DNA from: an uncultured Planctomycetia bacterium
GTDB taxonomy: Bacteria > Omnitrophota > Gorgyraeia > 2-02-FULL-51-18
Direction of reading: 5' to 3'
DNA: 54,591 nt
Assembly (NCBI GenBank): GCA_964431835.1
Contig: CAYSKO010000011.1
Coordinates: forward strand, 1 to 54,591
Shown here: positions 17,819-27,329 of the stretch, piece after piece
Numbering within the stretch: the stretch's first letter is position 1
Layout: the number at the start of each line of letters is the position of its first letter
The notes under the pieces: generated by a model
Seen by the model: the letters and a program-made list of their open reading frames with translations, nothing else
Told to the model about the DNA's origin: nothing
Database searches by the model: none
Translations under genes and position numbers: made by a program

Positions 17819-19015
17819 ATGATCAAGAAAATCGTCCTCATCCTTCTTCTGGTTGCCGCCGCGACCGCCGGTGCCGCCGGAGTGGCTTATCGCAAGGCTC
17901 CCGGTTTCCTGCGCCAGTCGCTGACCGATGCGCTCGGAAAGACCGTGCGTATCCGCGACGTGCGTTACCGGTTTCCCGCGACCTTCCGTATCGAAGGCTT
18001 CGAAATCCTGGAAGGCGCGCCATTCGAAGGGGAGACGGCGTTCTCCGTCTCGCGTATGAACTTGACCCTCGCGCCGATGGCCGCGCTTAAAGGCAGGCTC
18101 GTGGTCCGTCGGGCCGAAGTCGACGGCGCCGAGGTGGTCTTACGAAAATCCAAGGACCGTTTTTACCACGCCCTCTCCGAAGCGATCCGGCCGGCTTCGA
18201 ACAAGCCGGCTCTGCCGGGATCCCCAGACAGCCCCTCTCCGGACGAGCGGAAAGAGCGGACGACGCTCGTCGTGCGCGAGTTCGTGCTGAACGGCGGGCA
18301 GTTCCGATTCGTCGACTACGACGTGCAGGAGGGCGGTTTTGTCGTCGAATTCTCCAGCATCCGCGCCCTCGTTCACGACGCTTCCCTGCCTCCTCGCGAT
18401 GAGCGGACTTCGTATCGCGTGAACGCCGAACTCGTTCAAGGCAGGGACCGCGTGCGGGGTAAGGTTGAACTGCAAGGCGTCACGCGGTTCGACACGCTGG
18501 ACGGCGAAACCCGCCTGGACGCGACCGGGATCCAACTGCCCTATTTCAAGCCGTACGCGTCTCGCGTGACCCCCGCCGACATCCGCGAGGGAGAGCTCGA
18601 GTCCCGCGCGGCGGTCGAAATCCGTGACAAAAAAATCCAGCTCTCGGCGGATCTCACCCTGACGGGGCTCCTTTTTCAGGACTACGAAGCCGGAGAGGAA
18701 CTCTTCGGCATGAAGGCCGACGAGATTCTTTCGTTCATGAAGGATTCGGCGGGGCGTCTTAAGCTTTCGATCCGTACGGGGTGGAATCTGGCCGACCCGT
18801 CGGTGAAGGCAAGCGACGTGATGCGCCGGGCCATCGGCCGTTCTCTGAAAGCCACCGTCGTCGGCAACGCGGGCACGCTCCTTCACCGCGCGATCCAGAA
18901 ATACGGAGAGGTCGAACAGGCGGAGACGCCGAATCCGTCGGGCATGCCGGAGACGGACGAGAACCGCGAACGGCTGGAAGACGCGTTCGACAAGGTGAAA
19001 GGTTTCTTCGACTGA
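17819..19015 (+). CDS. DUF748/AsmA-like membrane-anchored protein
   Basis: Start taken at ATG 17819 (MIKKIVLILLLVAAATAGAAG is a TM anchor). The remainder is a repetitive beta-rich body resembling DUF748/AsmA-type proteins. The family call is tentative. Confidence 0.5.
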   Translation: MIKKIVLILLLVAAATAGAAGVAYRKAPGFLRQSLTDALGKTVRIRDVRYRFPATFRIEGFEILEGAPFEGETAFSVSRMNLTLAPMAALKGRLVVRRAEVDGAEVVLRKSKDRFYHALSEAIRPASNKPALPGSPDSPSPDERKERTTLVVREFVLNGGQFRFVDYDVQEGGFVVEFSSIRALVHDASLPPRDERTSYRVNAELVQGRDRVRGKVELQGVTRFDTLDGETRLDATGIQLPYFKPYASRVTPADIREGELESRAAVEIRDKKIQLSADLTLTGLLFQDYEAGEELFGMKADEILSFMKDSAGRLKLSIRTGWNLADPSVKASDVMRRAIGRSLKATVVGNAGTLLHRAIQKYGEVEQAETPNPSGMPETDENRERLEDAFDKVKGFFD

Positions 19016-20541
19016 TGGCGCAATCACCGAGAGCCGCCGAGCCGCTCTTGCACGCCGCGGCGCGGTACGCGATGCCCTTTGTGGCAGTCGCGGGTGCGAC
19101 GGGCCTCCACTTCGCGTTCATGCGCGTGTGGGGCCACGACTTTCCGTATATTTTCTTCTTTCCCGTCGCGCTCGTGGCGGGTCTTTACGGCGGCCGCGGC
19201 CCGGGTATTCTCGCCGTGGTTCTCGCGACGCTCGCGTCGCAATACTTCTTCATCGAGCCCATTTACTCGTTCGCCGTGTCCGGCTTTTCGGATGCGCTCA
19301 GTCTGGCGTCGTTCGCCGGAGTTATGTTTATGATTGCCTTCGTTTCGGCCGGACACCGCCGCGGGTGGCTCGAGCTCGCCCGCGTCAGCGAACGGCACGC
19401 GGCGTTTATCCGGCAGTCGACCGAGGGGATCTGGCGGTTCGAGCTCGAACGGCCGCTCTCCACGCTGCTCAAGGAGGATGACCAGCTCGCGAATTTCTTC
19501 CGCTACGGTTTCCTCGCCGAGTGCAACGACGCGATGGCGCGGATGTACGGGTTCGCTTCGGCGTCCGAAATGATCGGGAAGAGGCTCGAGGACATTCTCG
19601 TGCCGTCCGACCGCATGAACATCGACTACCTTCGCGGCTTCATCCGTTCCGGCTACAGGCTAACCGGCGCCGAATCACACGAGGTGGACCGCGAAGGCCG
19701 GCGAAAATACTTTTTGAACGGCCTCGTCGGCATCGTGGAAAACGGCCACCTGGTCCGGGTTTGGGGCACGCAGGTCGACATCACCGAGCGGAAGCGGGCG
19801 GAACACGCGCTCGAGGAGACCGCCGAGGAGCTCGCGGCGTCTAATCGCGAGCTCGAGGAATTCGCCTACGTCGCCTCGCACGATCTCCAGGAGCCGGTCC
19901 GTAAAATTCTCACGTACGGAGAACGCCTTCGTTTGCGGCTCGGCGGGATTCCGGCGGAAGACCTCGACGGATTGGACCGTCTTTTGGGCGCCGCCAAGCG
20001 CATGCGCTCGGTGATCGAAGACCTGCTTCTATTTTCAAGGGTCGCCCGCGCGGACACGAGCTTCGAGCAGGTGAGCCTGAATGACGTGCTGGACGATGTC
20101 CTCGCCGACCTCGAGGTGGCCGTCGACGAATCGAAAGCCGTCGTCCGGGTGGAGGAACTGCCCGAGGTGTATGCGAACCCCTCTCAGATGAGACATGTCT
20201 TCCAGAACCTGATTTCGAACTCCATTAAGTTCGCCCGAATCGGCGTCGCGCCTATCGTGGAGGTCCGCATGCAGTCGGCCGACGGAGGGCGGGTCGAAAT
20301 CGAAGTTTCGGACAACGGCATCGGCTTCGACGAAAAGTACGTCGACCGGATTTTCAAGCCGTTCCAGCGCCTGCACGGGCGCGACCATTACCAGGGGACC
20401 GGTATCGGCCTCTCGATTGCGCATAAGATCATCCAGCGCCACGGAGGCTCTATCCGGGCCTCGAGTCGGCCAGGAGAGGGAACGTCGTTCGTCGTGACCC
20501 TGCCCCTAGACCGCATTGACGCTGGCTCCAAACTCCATTAA
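19015..20541 (+). CDS. sensor histidine kinase (DUF4118-type TM domain, PAS, HisKA, HATPase_c)
   Basis: ATG 19015 overlaps the upstream stop. There are KdpD-like DUF4118 TMs (FFFPVALVAGLYGGRGPGILAVVLATLASQYFF), a PAS region, the H-box FAYVASHDLQEPVRKI, an N-box QNLISNSIKF and a G-box GTGIGLSI. Confidence 0.9.
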   Translation: MAQSPRAAEPLLHAAARYAMPFVAVAGATGLHFAFMRVWGHDFPYIFFFPVALVAGLYGGRGPGILAVVLATLASQYFFIEPIYSFAVSGFSDALSLASFAGVMFMIAFVSAGHRRGWLELARVSERHAAFIRQSTEGIWRFELERPLSTLLKEDDQLANFFRYGFLAECNDAMARMYGFASASEMIGKRLEDILVPSDRMNIDYLRGFIRSGYRLTGAESHEVDREGRRKYFLNGLVGIVENGHLVRVWGTQVDITERKRAEHALEETAEELAASNRELEEFAYVASHDLQEPVRKILTYGERLRLRLGGIPAEDLDGLDRLLGAAKRMRSVIEDLLLFSRVARADTSFEQVSLNDVLDDVLADLEVAVDESKAVVRVEELPEVYANPSQMRHVFQNLISNSIKFARIGVAPIVEVRMQSADGGRVEIEVSDNGIGFDEKYVDRIFKPFQRLHGRDHYQGTGIGLSIAHKIIQRHGGSIRASSRPGEGTSFVVTLPLDRIDAGSKLH

Positions 20542-20566
20542 ACTAGGACCTCTTCTTCGGATTTTT

Positions 20567-20644
20567 GGTAGGTGTAGCTCAGCTGGTTAGAGCGTCTGAC
20601 TGTGGCTCAGAAGGTCGCGGGTTCAAATCCCGTCACTTACCCCA
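20567..20644 (+). tRNA. tRNA-His (anticodon GTG) with the extra 5' G(-1), CCA encoded
   Basis: G-1 is at 20567. Acceptor GTAGGTG/CACTTAC. Anticodon stem TCTGA/TCAGA with loop CTGTGGC. T-loop TTCAAAT. Discriminator is C. Confidence 0.9.
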
Positions 20645-20766
20645 TTTTTAAGCCAGTTCTAGAGGGGAATGCCATTAGGGCATTTGCTTGGTTTACTACT
20701 AACTAGCCTGTGTTTGCCCGACGATTAGCACAAAACTAGCACAGTCGGGGTTGGCGCAGAGATCGG

Positions 20767-20806
20767 AAGGGGGCTATGGCTTAAACGCTGTAGCCCCTTT
20801 CTTTTG
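20767..20806 (+). terminator. terminator-like hairpin in the spacer after tRNA-His
   Basis: AAGGGGGCTA (20767-20776) pairs with TAGCCCCTTT (20791-20800) around a 14-nt loop, followed by CTTTTG. Confidence 0.4.
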
Positions 20807-21059
20807 CCTCTTGGGCGAGCCGCAAGGCGGCTCTGCACCCTCTTTCCTCAGAGCTGCCGCCGCGCAGACCGCTTCGGGGGGGGGTGCCCCGGGGTAGCGG
20901 TCAAGATGAGGGGTGCCCACGGAAAATTCTATAAAATTTTTAGAAATGGACCCCTCTCAGAACTATGCATAGAATTAGCGCGTATGAGGGTTAAATGACC
21001 TCGTCAGAGCCAGAGCGCGGTGCTCCCGCCCCAGATGATCTTGTCGTTATTAGTCACTT

Positions 21060-21103
21060 CTAATCCGATTCTAATCTTCCTCTAACAGACCCTGCTGTAT
21101 ATT
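21060..21103 (+). promoter_or_regulatory. phased CTAAT-repeat promoter (site 1)
   Basis: CTAAT(21060)-ccgatt-CTAAT(21071)-cttcct-CTAAC(21082)-agaccctgctg-TATATT(21098-21103). It lies 77 nt upstream of the tpsA-like ATG. Confidence 0.65.
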
Positions 21104-21180
21104 AAAATCTAACCCCATATTTATTTCCGTCTTTCAGAAAAATTAACCGAGTTTAGCTAACGTTCCAGCTAAAGGATCCC

Positions 21181-24100
21181 ATGAGACGCAATCCCCTAAG
21201 GGCCGCATCAGGCCTCGTGGCTTTTTTTGTGCTTTTTATCCAAACTTTCGCTTACGCTGAAGATCTCCCCGCCGGCTACCAACCCGTCTCAGGCAGCTCG
21301 ACTTACAAAGTGGAAGGCAAGACCGGGACGCTCCAAGCGTCCGACGCCGTCACGATAGGCGAGTGGTCGAAAGGGTTCGACATCGCCCAAGGAAACACAT
21401 TCAACGCCCTTTTGCCAGCGAATGGGGCGCATCTGTCGCGCGACATCACCCAAAGCCCGTCGGAGATATTCGGCTCGCTGAACGTCCCCCAAGGTAAATT
21501 CTTTCTCGTGAATTCCAGCGGCGTGTATTTCTCTCCGACGGCCCAGGTCAACGCCGCTGGCCTAGTGGCCTCGACACTCGACATCAAAAACGACGACTTT
21601 CTCCGTCAAAACTTCAAATTCTTCCAAAACGGCAGCGCCTCATCCCTCGTGAATGAAGGGAAGATCACCGTCGGCGCGGGAGGCCTCGCGTTCCTGGGCG
21701 GGTCCGTCGAAAATAAAGGCGTCCTTTTGGCCCGGGAAGGAAACGTGGCGCTCGCCTCCGGAAAGGCCATGACCTTGAGCTTCGACCCGGAAGGGCTTGT
21801 GTCCGTCCTCGTCGATGAGAAGCTATCGGACGTTCCCGCGCCTAGGACAGACGCCGTCAAAAACAGCGGTTTCATCCGCGCCGAAGGCGGAAACGTGCTC
21901 TTGACCGCCGAGGCGCAGGACGGCCTCTTCGCGTCGCTTGTGAATCAGGAAGGCATCATCGAGGCGGGCAGCCTGTCAAACGCGAACGGAAAAATCACCC
22001 TTGTCTCCAACATAAGCACCGGAGTCGTCGGGAATTCAGGCATTTTAAAAGCGCCGGGCGGGTCTATCGAGGTTTTGGGCGAGAAGGCCGGAATGTTCGC
22101 GGGAGAAGCCACTGTCTCCGGCCCTAAAGCCGGGACCATCAATATCGGCGGAAACTTTCAAGGCAACGGCCCGCTCCGCGATGCGCAGTACACCACTGTC
22201 GGCAAAGACGCGAGCCTGAAAGCCGACTCTTCTCTAGGCGAAGGTGGAAGGATCATCGTCTGGTCGGACAAGGCCACTCAAGTTTATGGCAACTTATCGG
22301 CTAAAGGCGCAACGAAAGGCGGCTTCGTTGAGACCTCCGGCAAAGATTATCTCTATGTGGATAAGGCGCCTGAGATCGGCAGCGGAGGCACATGGCTTCT
22401 TGACCCGAGAAATATCACAATAACCAATTCGACAAGCGGCACAAGCCAAAGTGGCGGGACGTTTACACCCGCGTCCGACAACGCGACGGTGAGCGCCTCG
22501 TCCATCAATAGCGCGCTCAATGTGGGTACGAATGTCATCGTTAACACCAACAACTCTACCGGTTTCCAATCGGGGAACATCACGGTCGCAAGCGCTATTT
22601 CAAAAACGTCCGGTCCCGATGTCTCTTTAACCTTGACGGCGGCGAATAACATCAACGTCAACGCCACAATCACCTCCACGGCGGCAAAGCTAAACCTGAA
22701 TCTTCTCGCGGACGACGATGCTTCCGGTGCGGGGGGAACATTCGTGACCCAGAGGATAGAGACAAATGGAGGGGATTTAGATAGCCGCGGACGAACGTTC
22801 CGCAACAGCGGTGCCGGGGAAATCCAGATGAATTCCGGCAGATTGAACATCGATGCGGGGAGCAGTATTTTTATCCAGACCCCGCTTCATTCGACATTTA
22901 GAGTCGATTTGGACGCGGCGCAAATAGAGATCACCGGCTCGCTGACCGACCCTTTCGATCTGTTCATTAACGGCTCGAATGTTTCGGCGCAAGGCGTTAT
23001 TTCAGGCCTACGATCGGTGTCGATCCACTCGAATGAACTTCGTTTGGGAAGCGTTACCACTTCCGGGACCCAAAATTATGGTCCGATCCTGGACAATCTG
23101 CTGGAAAACACGAACATTTTATACGGCAATCTGACTGCCAGTGACAGCATTGCTTTGACCGGAAATACAATATTGGGTGCGCCCGTGCGTATTCAAAGCC
23201 CGTCGATCTCTTTCCAAAGCGCACTGATTCTTGCAGATAGCGGATATTATTATCAATTCGGATCTCTGACCGGCCCTTACAGTCTTGTTTTAGATGCAGG
23301 CACCAGCGGCGGCATCGGGTTTGCCGGCAGCTTCATCGAGGACCAGTGGGGCGATTACCGTTATACCGGCTATATGACGGACATCGGCAGCTTGAGGGCA
23401 GACTCGCTATATTTCAGGGGCTCCATCAACGCGCAGGGGCCGATCGACGTCCGATCGCCGAATATCGGGGTGGATCCGGGGTATATAAGTCCGCACGGCA
23501 GCGGTGGAGGGGGGTTCACGTCGCAGGGCGGCGATATCCATCTTGGGGGAGACCTGCATTCGGACGGTTACGGGGTCGCGATCCAAAGTAACGGGGGAGA
23601 CATCACCGTAGATGGGGATGTCAGTAACAGCGGAAATTATTATGACACTCTCAATGTCAGCTCGGGCGCCGGGGACGTTTTTTTCAACGGCTCGGTCGCG
23701 ACGGGCGCTCTTACGGTCACAAACACTAATAATTTGCGTTTCGGGGGAAACGTTATAACGCCCGAAGGCCAGACGATCACCGCAAGGACGATACGGACGA
23801 ACGGGACGCATGAAGTAGGGGGCTTCGGCCCGCACCGGGATTTCACGATGACGGGCGATATCCTTGTCGAAAGCAACACGATCTTCCGCCAAACAACGGG
23901 AAACATCCAGATCGACGGCACGATCAATACGGCCACCGGCAACGAATCCCTGGCTATGATCGCCAGCCAATATCATGGGTCGGGAGAAGAATTTTATCCC
24001 GATGGAAATGTCACGCTGAATGGATCCGCCGGCGTCACGACCAAATTGAACGATATTTCGATCTCTGCGGAACGGGCTATTAGCATCAACAGAAATATCC

Positions 24101-26031
24101 ACGCCTCGACGATCACGATGAACTCCCCTGTCAATACGGGCGCCAATACTTTTGCCTTGGCCGGAGATGAAATCAATCTTTTGGGCGCCGTTTCGGGAAC
24201 CGGCAATTTGACGCTGCGGCCGCTATTTTTGAACCGCGGCATGAATATCGGCGGAACCGTCGACAGCGCCACCGCGCTCGACCTCACCCAATCCGACCTT
24301 TCTCAGCTGTCCAACGGGTTTAATTCCCTGACCCTCGGCAACTCCGGCGGTTTCGGGTACGTGAACATTGTCATGCCTGTCACATTTAACGATCCCGTTT
24401 CCCTCCTGTCTTCGGCCGGAGGCGCGATCAACGTGAATGGTCAAATTACTGGCGCCGATAATGCCTCCGTTTTACTGAATGGCGTCGCGACTAATTTAAA
24501 TGCCAACATTCTGACCAATGGCAATGCCGTCACGATCAATGACAATGTCAGACTCCAGCGCGACTTGTCGATTCAAACGACCGGCGGAGGGAGGCCGGGA
24601 GCCAATATCGCCATCAATGGGACAGTAAACGGACTGACATCGGGCCAGGAAGACTTGTCGCTTTTGGCCGGTACGGGCAATATCAATCTGACGGGACAGG
24701 TGGGGTATAATCCGGCCACGGCAGTCGGCACTCGCGTGGGAAGGCTCTCGCTTCAGGGCACGTCGATCACAGCTAATAGCCTCGTTACCGCCTCCTCCAT
24801 CGTTCAATCGCCCGCATCCGGCACGACGACGCTAAGCTCGTTGAATACCAACGGAGCGCTGGGCATCGATCTGAATGGAAATCTTTTTACGCTGAACGGC
24901 CCGATCACGACGTCCGGCGGCGGACCTTTGAGCATCACCAATTCAGGGCTTCTGACCATCGGTTCGGCGGCGGACATGACGTTGGACGGATCGTTTCTAC
25001 AGGATGGAGCGGGACCTGTGCGTCTGGCAGGCGATATCCGCACGACCAATGATAATCTCACGTTTTTAGGTCCCATCACCTTGACCGGCGATCTTTTCCT
25101 TGGCACCGGAACTGGCATCGGAAATATTCTCTTTAACCGTTCTCTCTACGGAACGACTGCCGGACAGGAAGATTTGACGCTCCAAGCCGGCACCGGAAAT
25201 ATCACTTACAACGGCATCGGCGCCGGAGTCGGCCCGTCTCTTGGACGTCTGGTCATCCAAAGCGCGTTTAACGTCACGGCAAATAACGGCCTGTCGGCTT
25301 CTTCGCTATTGCAGACGGCCGGCACCGGAACGACGACGCTGAGCGGCTCCCTTCTGACGACCGGCGGACTGGGCATCGATCTAAACGGAACTAATTTTGT
25401 CCTAAATAATCCGATCACAACCACAGGCGGCGGGCCGCTGAGCATCACCAATTCGGGCACACTGACGATAGGGCTTAACGCCGACATGGCGCTCGATGGC
25501 GCCTTTTTACAGGACGGCACGGGACCTGTACGTCTGGCAGGCGATATCCGAACGACCAATGACAACATCACGTTCCAGCGAGCTGTCACGCTTACCGGCG
25601 ACCTCTTCTTGGGAACTGGCACGGGCCTTGGCAATATTCTTTTTAACAGCACCCTTTATGGGACCACGTCGGGACAGGAAGACCTCACCCTCCAAGCGGG
25701 AACGGGGAATATTACCTTCAACGGGCAAGTCGGTTACAACCCGTCCACCGGTGTTGGTGTTCGTATCGGAAAACTCGTAGTCCAAAGCGTGCAAAATCTC
25801 TTGGCGAACAACATCATTACTGCCGCTTCGATCACCCAGCAGGAAGGCTTCGGCACCTCGACGTTCAGAAACATCCTGAGGACAAACATTTTGCCGGGGA
25901 TCAGCCTTACGGGGAATAACTTCAGCCTGGCCGGCGCTATCGCGACGGCCGGACAGATCGTCATCAATTACCGCGGCACCGTCACACGCACCGGCACCTA
26001 TTCCCCGACGCCGATATTAAGGAGAAGGTAG
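21181..26031 (+). CDS. TpsA/filamentous-haemagglutinin-family giant secreted protein (1616 aa)
   Basis: Signal peptide LVAFFVLFIQTFAYA. The N-terminal TPS (haemagglutination-activity) domain pattern is GKTGTLQ...ITIGEWSKGFDIAQGNTFNAL...SEIFGSLN..GKFFLVNSSGVYFSPTAQVNAAGLVAST. The rest is long G/T/N/S-rich beta-helix repeats. Confidence 0.85.
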   Translation: MRRNPLRAASGLVAFFVLFIQTFAYAEDLPAGYQPVSGSSTYKVEGKTGTLQASDAVTIGEWSKGFDIAQGNTFNALLPANGAHLSRDITQSPSEIFGSLNVPQGKFFLVNSSGVYFSPTAQVNAAGLVASTLDIKNDDFLRQNFKFFQNGSASSLVNEGKITVGAGGLAFLGGSVENKGVLLAREGNVALASGKAMTLSFDPEGLVSVLVDEKLSDVPAPRTDAVKNSGFIRAEGGNVLLTAEAQDGLFASLVNQEGIIEAGSLSNANGKITLVSNISTGVVGNSGILKAPGGSIEVLGEKAGMFAGEATVSGPKAGTINIGGNFQGNGPLRDAQYTTVGKDASLKADSSLGEGGRIIVWSDKATQVYGNLSAKGATKGGFVETSGKDYLYVDKAPEIGSGGTWLLDPRNITITNSTSGTSQSGGTFTPASDNATVSASSINSALNVGTNVIVNTNNSTGFQSGNITVASAISKTSGPDVSLTLTAANNINVNATITSTAAKLNLNLLADDDASGAGGTFVTQRIETNGGDLDSRGRTFRNSGAGEIQMNSGRLNIDAGSSIFIQTPLHSTFRVDLDAAQIEITGSLTDPFDLFINGSNVSAQGVISGLRSVSIHSNELRLGSVTTSGTQNYGPILDNLLENTNILYGNLTASDSIALTGNTILGAPVRIQSPSISFQSALILADSGYYYQFGSLTGPYSLVLDAGTSGGIGFAGSFIEDQWGDYRYTGYMTDIGSLRADSLYFRGSINAQGPIDVRSPNIGVDPGYISPHGSGGGGFTSQGGDIHLGGDLHSDGYGVAIQSNGGDITVDGDVSNSGNYYDTLNVSSGAGDVFFNGSVATGALTVTNTNNLRFGGNVITPEGQTITARTIRTNGTHEVGGFGPHRDFTMTGDILVESNTIFRQTTGNIQIDGTINTATGNESLAMIASQYHGSGEEFYPDGNVTLNGSAGVTTKLNDISISAERAISINRNIHASTITMNSPVNTGANTFALAGDEINLLGAVSGTGNLTLRPLFLNRGMNIGGTVDSATALDLTQSDLSQLSNGFNSLTLGNSGGFGYVNIVMPVTFNDPVSLLSSAGGAINVNGQITGADNASVLLNGVATNLNANILTNGNAVTINDNVRLQRDLSIQTTGGGRPGANIAINGTVNGLTSGQEDLSLLAGTGNINLTGQVGYNPATAVGTRVGRLSLQGTSITANSLVTASSIVQSPASGTTTLSSLNTNGALGIDLNGNLFTLNGPITTSGGGPLSITNSGLLTIGSAADMTLDGSFLQDGAGPVRLAGDIRTTNDNLTFLGPITLTGDLFLGTGTGIGNILFNRSLYGTTAGQEDLTLQAGTGNITYNGIGAGVGPSLGRLVIQSAFNVTANNGLSASSLLQTAGTGTTTLSGSLLTTGGLGIDLNGTNFVLNNPITTTGGGPLSITNSGTLTIGLNADMALDGAFLQDGTGPVRLAGDIRTTNDNITFQRAVTLTGDLFLGTGTGLGNILFNSTLYGTTSGQEDLTLQAGTGNITFNGQVGYNPSTGVGVRIGKLVVQSVQNLLANNIITAASITQQEGFGTSTFRNILRTNILPGISLTGNNFSLAGAIATAGQIVINYRGTVTRTGTYSPTPILRRR
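24646..25800 (+). repeat. internal tandem coding repeat (about 2.3 units of 510-519 nt) in the tpsA-like gene
   Basis: Units start with QEDL(S/T)L.AGTGNI at 24646, 25165 and 25675. Long near-identical stretches occur, e.g. GPVRLAGDIRTTNDN(L/I)TF and GGGPLSITNSG.LTIG in consecutive units. Confidence 0.85.
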
Positions 26032-26043
26032 GACTATCGACGC

Positions 26044-27207
26044 ATGGAAAAAAATCGGGGCTGGTTCGACGAGGCGCTTTATCTCCGCGGTATTGCGGCC
26101 ACTTGTGTCTTGGTTACACACGCCTGGGGCCAGACCGTCAATCACGCCTCTCTACTAACCCCCGCGTATCTCATAGGCGTGACCACTTTCATCCTCACCA
26201 AAGGATTCATGACGTTTATGGCAGTGTCCGGGTTCGTATTGACGAATAAATACGCGCCCGACACCAACTGGATGGAGTTTTACACCAAGCGTCTCAGGGC
26301 GGTCGTGCCGCCTTACATTGCGTTTTCAGCGATCAATGTCGTGGGCCTGGCCTGGGGCACGAACGATTCTCACGGGCTTCAGAGAATCATCAAGGCGATC
26401 GCCAAAGGCGACAGCGCCGCGCATATGTGGTTTTTTGTCAGCATCATTCAGCTCTATCTTCTTTTTCCTCTCATTTATAAGATCTATCTATGGTTCGAAA
26501 GCCGACAGCGGGCGATTTGGCCCGTCGTCATCTCTTTTGCTCTCTTTGCCCTGTGGATCGGCCTCGAAGCCTTTGTACGCGTGATCGGGCCGGATAGGGG
26601 CACTCATCAGGGCTTTGACGCGGCAATCGAAGTTCTGCCGCCCCGCGTTTTCTTGAATGGGCTTCCATTTTTTGTAATGGGGATTTACGCGAGACGCCAC
26701 TATGAAATGATCAAAGAAAAAGTGCTTAGGATGTCTGTCCCCATCTTGTTCATGGCACCGTTTGCGCTTGCGGTCACGGCGGCCCTAATAGAAGCCAATC
26801 GAGCCGCGACTTCTTTGAGAGGTGTCTATATTGAAGAGACCCCAATGGCGCTATTCATAAGCTGCCTGATAAAACCTTTATTGATAGTGCTGCATTTTCG
26901 CTTGGCGATATATTTGACCATGCATCCGTCTTTTGCTTTGGCGAAAATGTTCCGGCATATCGGCGGGCTCTCGTTCGGAATATTTTTGATTCATGTTTTA
27001 GTGCAGGTTCACGTTCAAAGAAGCCTCACTTCACTAGGGTTCGCCTATGACAATATTTTATTGTATCCCGTCTTATTTGCTCTGACACTCTGCCTCTCGT
27101 ATGGAAGTGTATGGCTGCTCAGCAGGCTTCCATACAGCGAGTGGTATATCGGCGTCAAAAAACCTTCCCTTGCGAATGAACGCGTCGTGATAAGAGCCGC
27201 CGCCTAA
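26044..27207 (+). CDS. acyltransferase family 3 (OafA-like) integral membrane protein
   Basis: About 10 predicted TM segments. The N-terminal pattern ...LRGIAATCVLVTHAW... (conserved His) is typical of acyltransferase_3. Confidence 0.75.
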   Translation: MEKNRGWFDEALYLRGIAATCVLVTHAWGQTVNHASLLTPAYLIGVTTFILTKGFMTFMAVSGFVLTNKYAPDTNWMEFYTKRLRAVVPPYIAFSAINVVGLAWGTNDSHGLQRIIKAIAKGDSAAHMWFFVSIIQLYLLFPLIYKIYLWFESRQRAIWPVVISFALFALWIGLEAFVRVIGPDRGTHQGFDAAIEVLPPRVFLNGLPFFVMGIYARRHYEMIKEKVLRMSVPILFMAPFALAVTAALIEANRAATSLRGVYIEETPMALFISCLIKPLLIVLHFRLAIYLTMHPSFALAKMFRHIGGLSFGIFLIHVLVQVHVQRSLTSLGFAYDNILLYPVLFALTLCLSYGSVWLLSRLPYSEWYIGVKKPSLANERVVIRAAA

Positions 27208-27233
27208 AAACAGGCACCGGATGAGCTTGTTTT
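27208..27233 (+). terminator. weak hairpin after the acyltransferase gene
   Basis: AAACAGGC-accggatga-GCTTGTTT (8 bp including one G-T pair), with the T-run forming part of the stem. Confidence 0.25.
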
Positions 27234-27329
27234 AGTCGTCCCTATATATTGTCATTAATCCAACACAGCGCCCGTCTGACTGCAATTAACGGAGTTATCG
27301 CTAAAGCAACAACTGGAAGGAAGGCCTCC

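Noticed and set aside
21152-21172. TTAGCTAA / AGCTAA repeats just upstream of the tpsA-like start (also TTTAGCTAA at 32734), considered as a second regulatory motif.
   Set aside because: There are only two or three short occurrences, and one overlaps the site-5 pentamer. This is not distinguishable from chance without a genome-wide scan.
21222-21228. T7 run in the signal-peptide-coding part of the tpsA-like gene (T8 in the decayed copy), considered as a slipped-strand phase-variation switch.
   Set aside because: The tract is short for efficient slippage. The difference between the copies also involves a 2-nt deletion. There is no population-level evidence in a single sequence.
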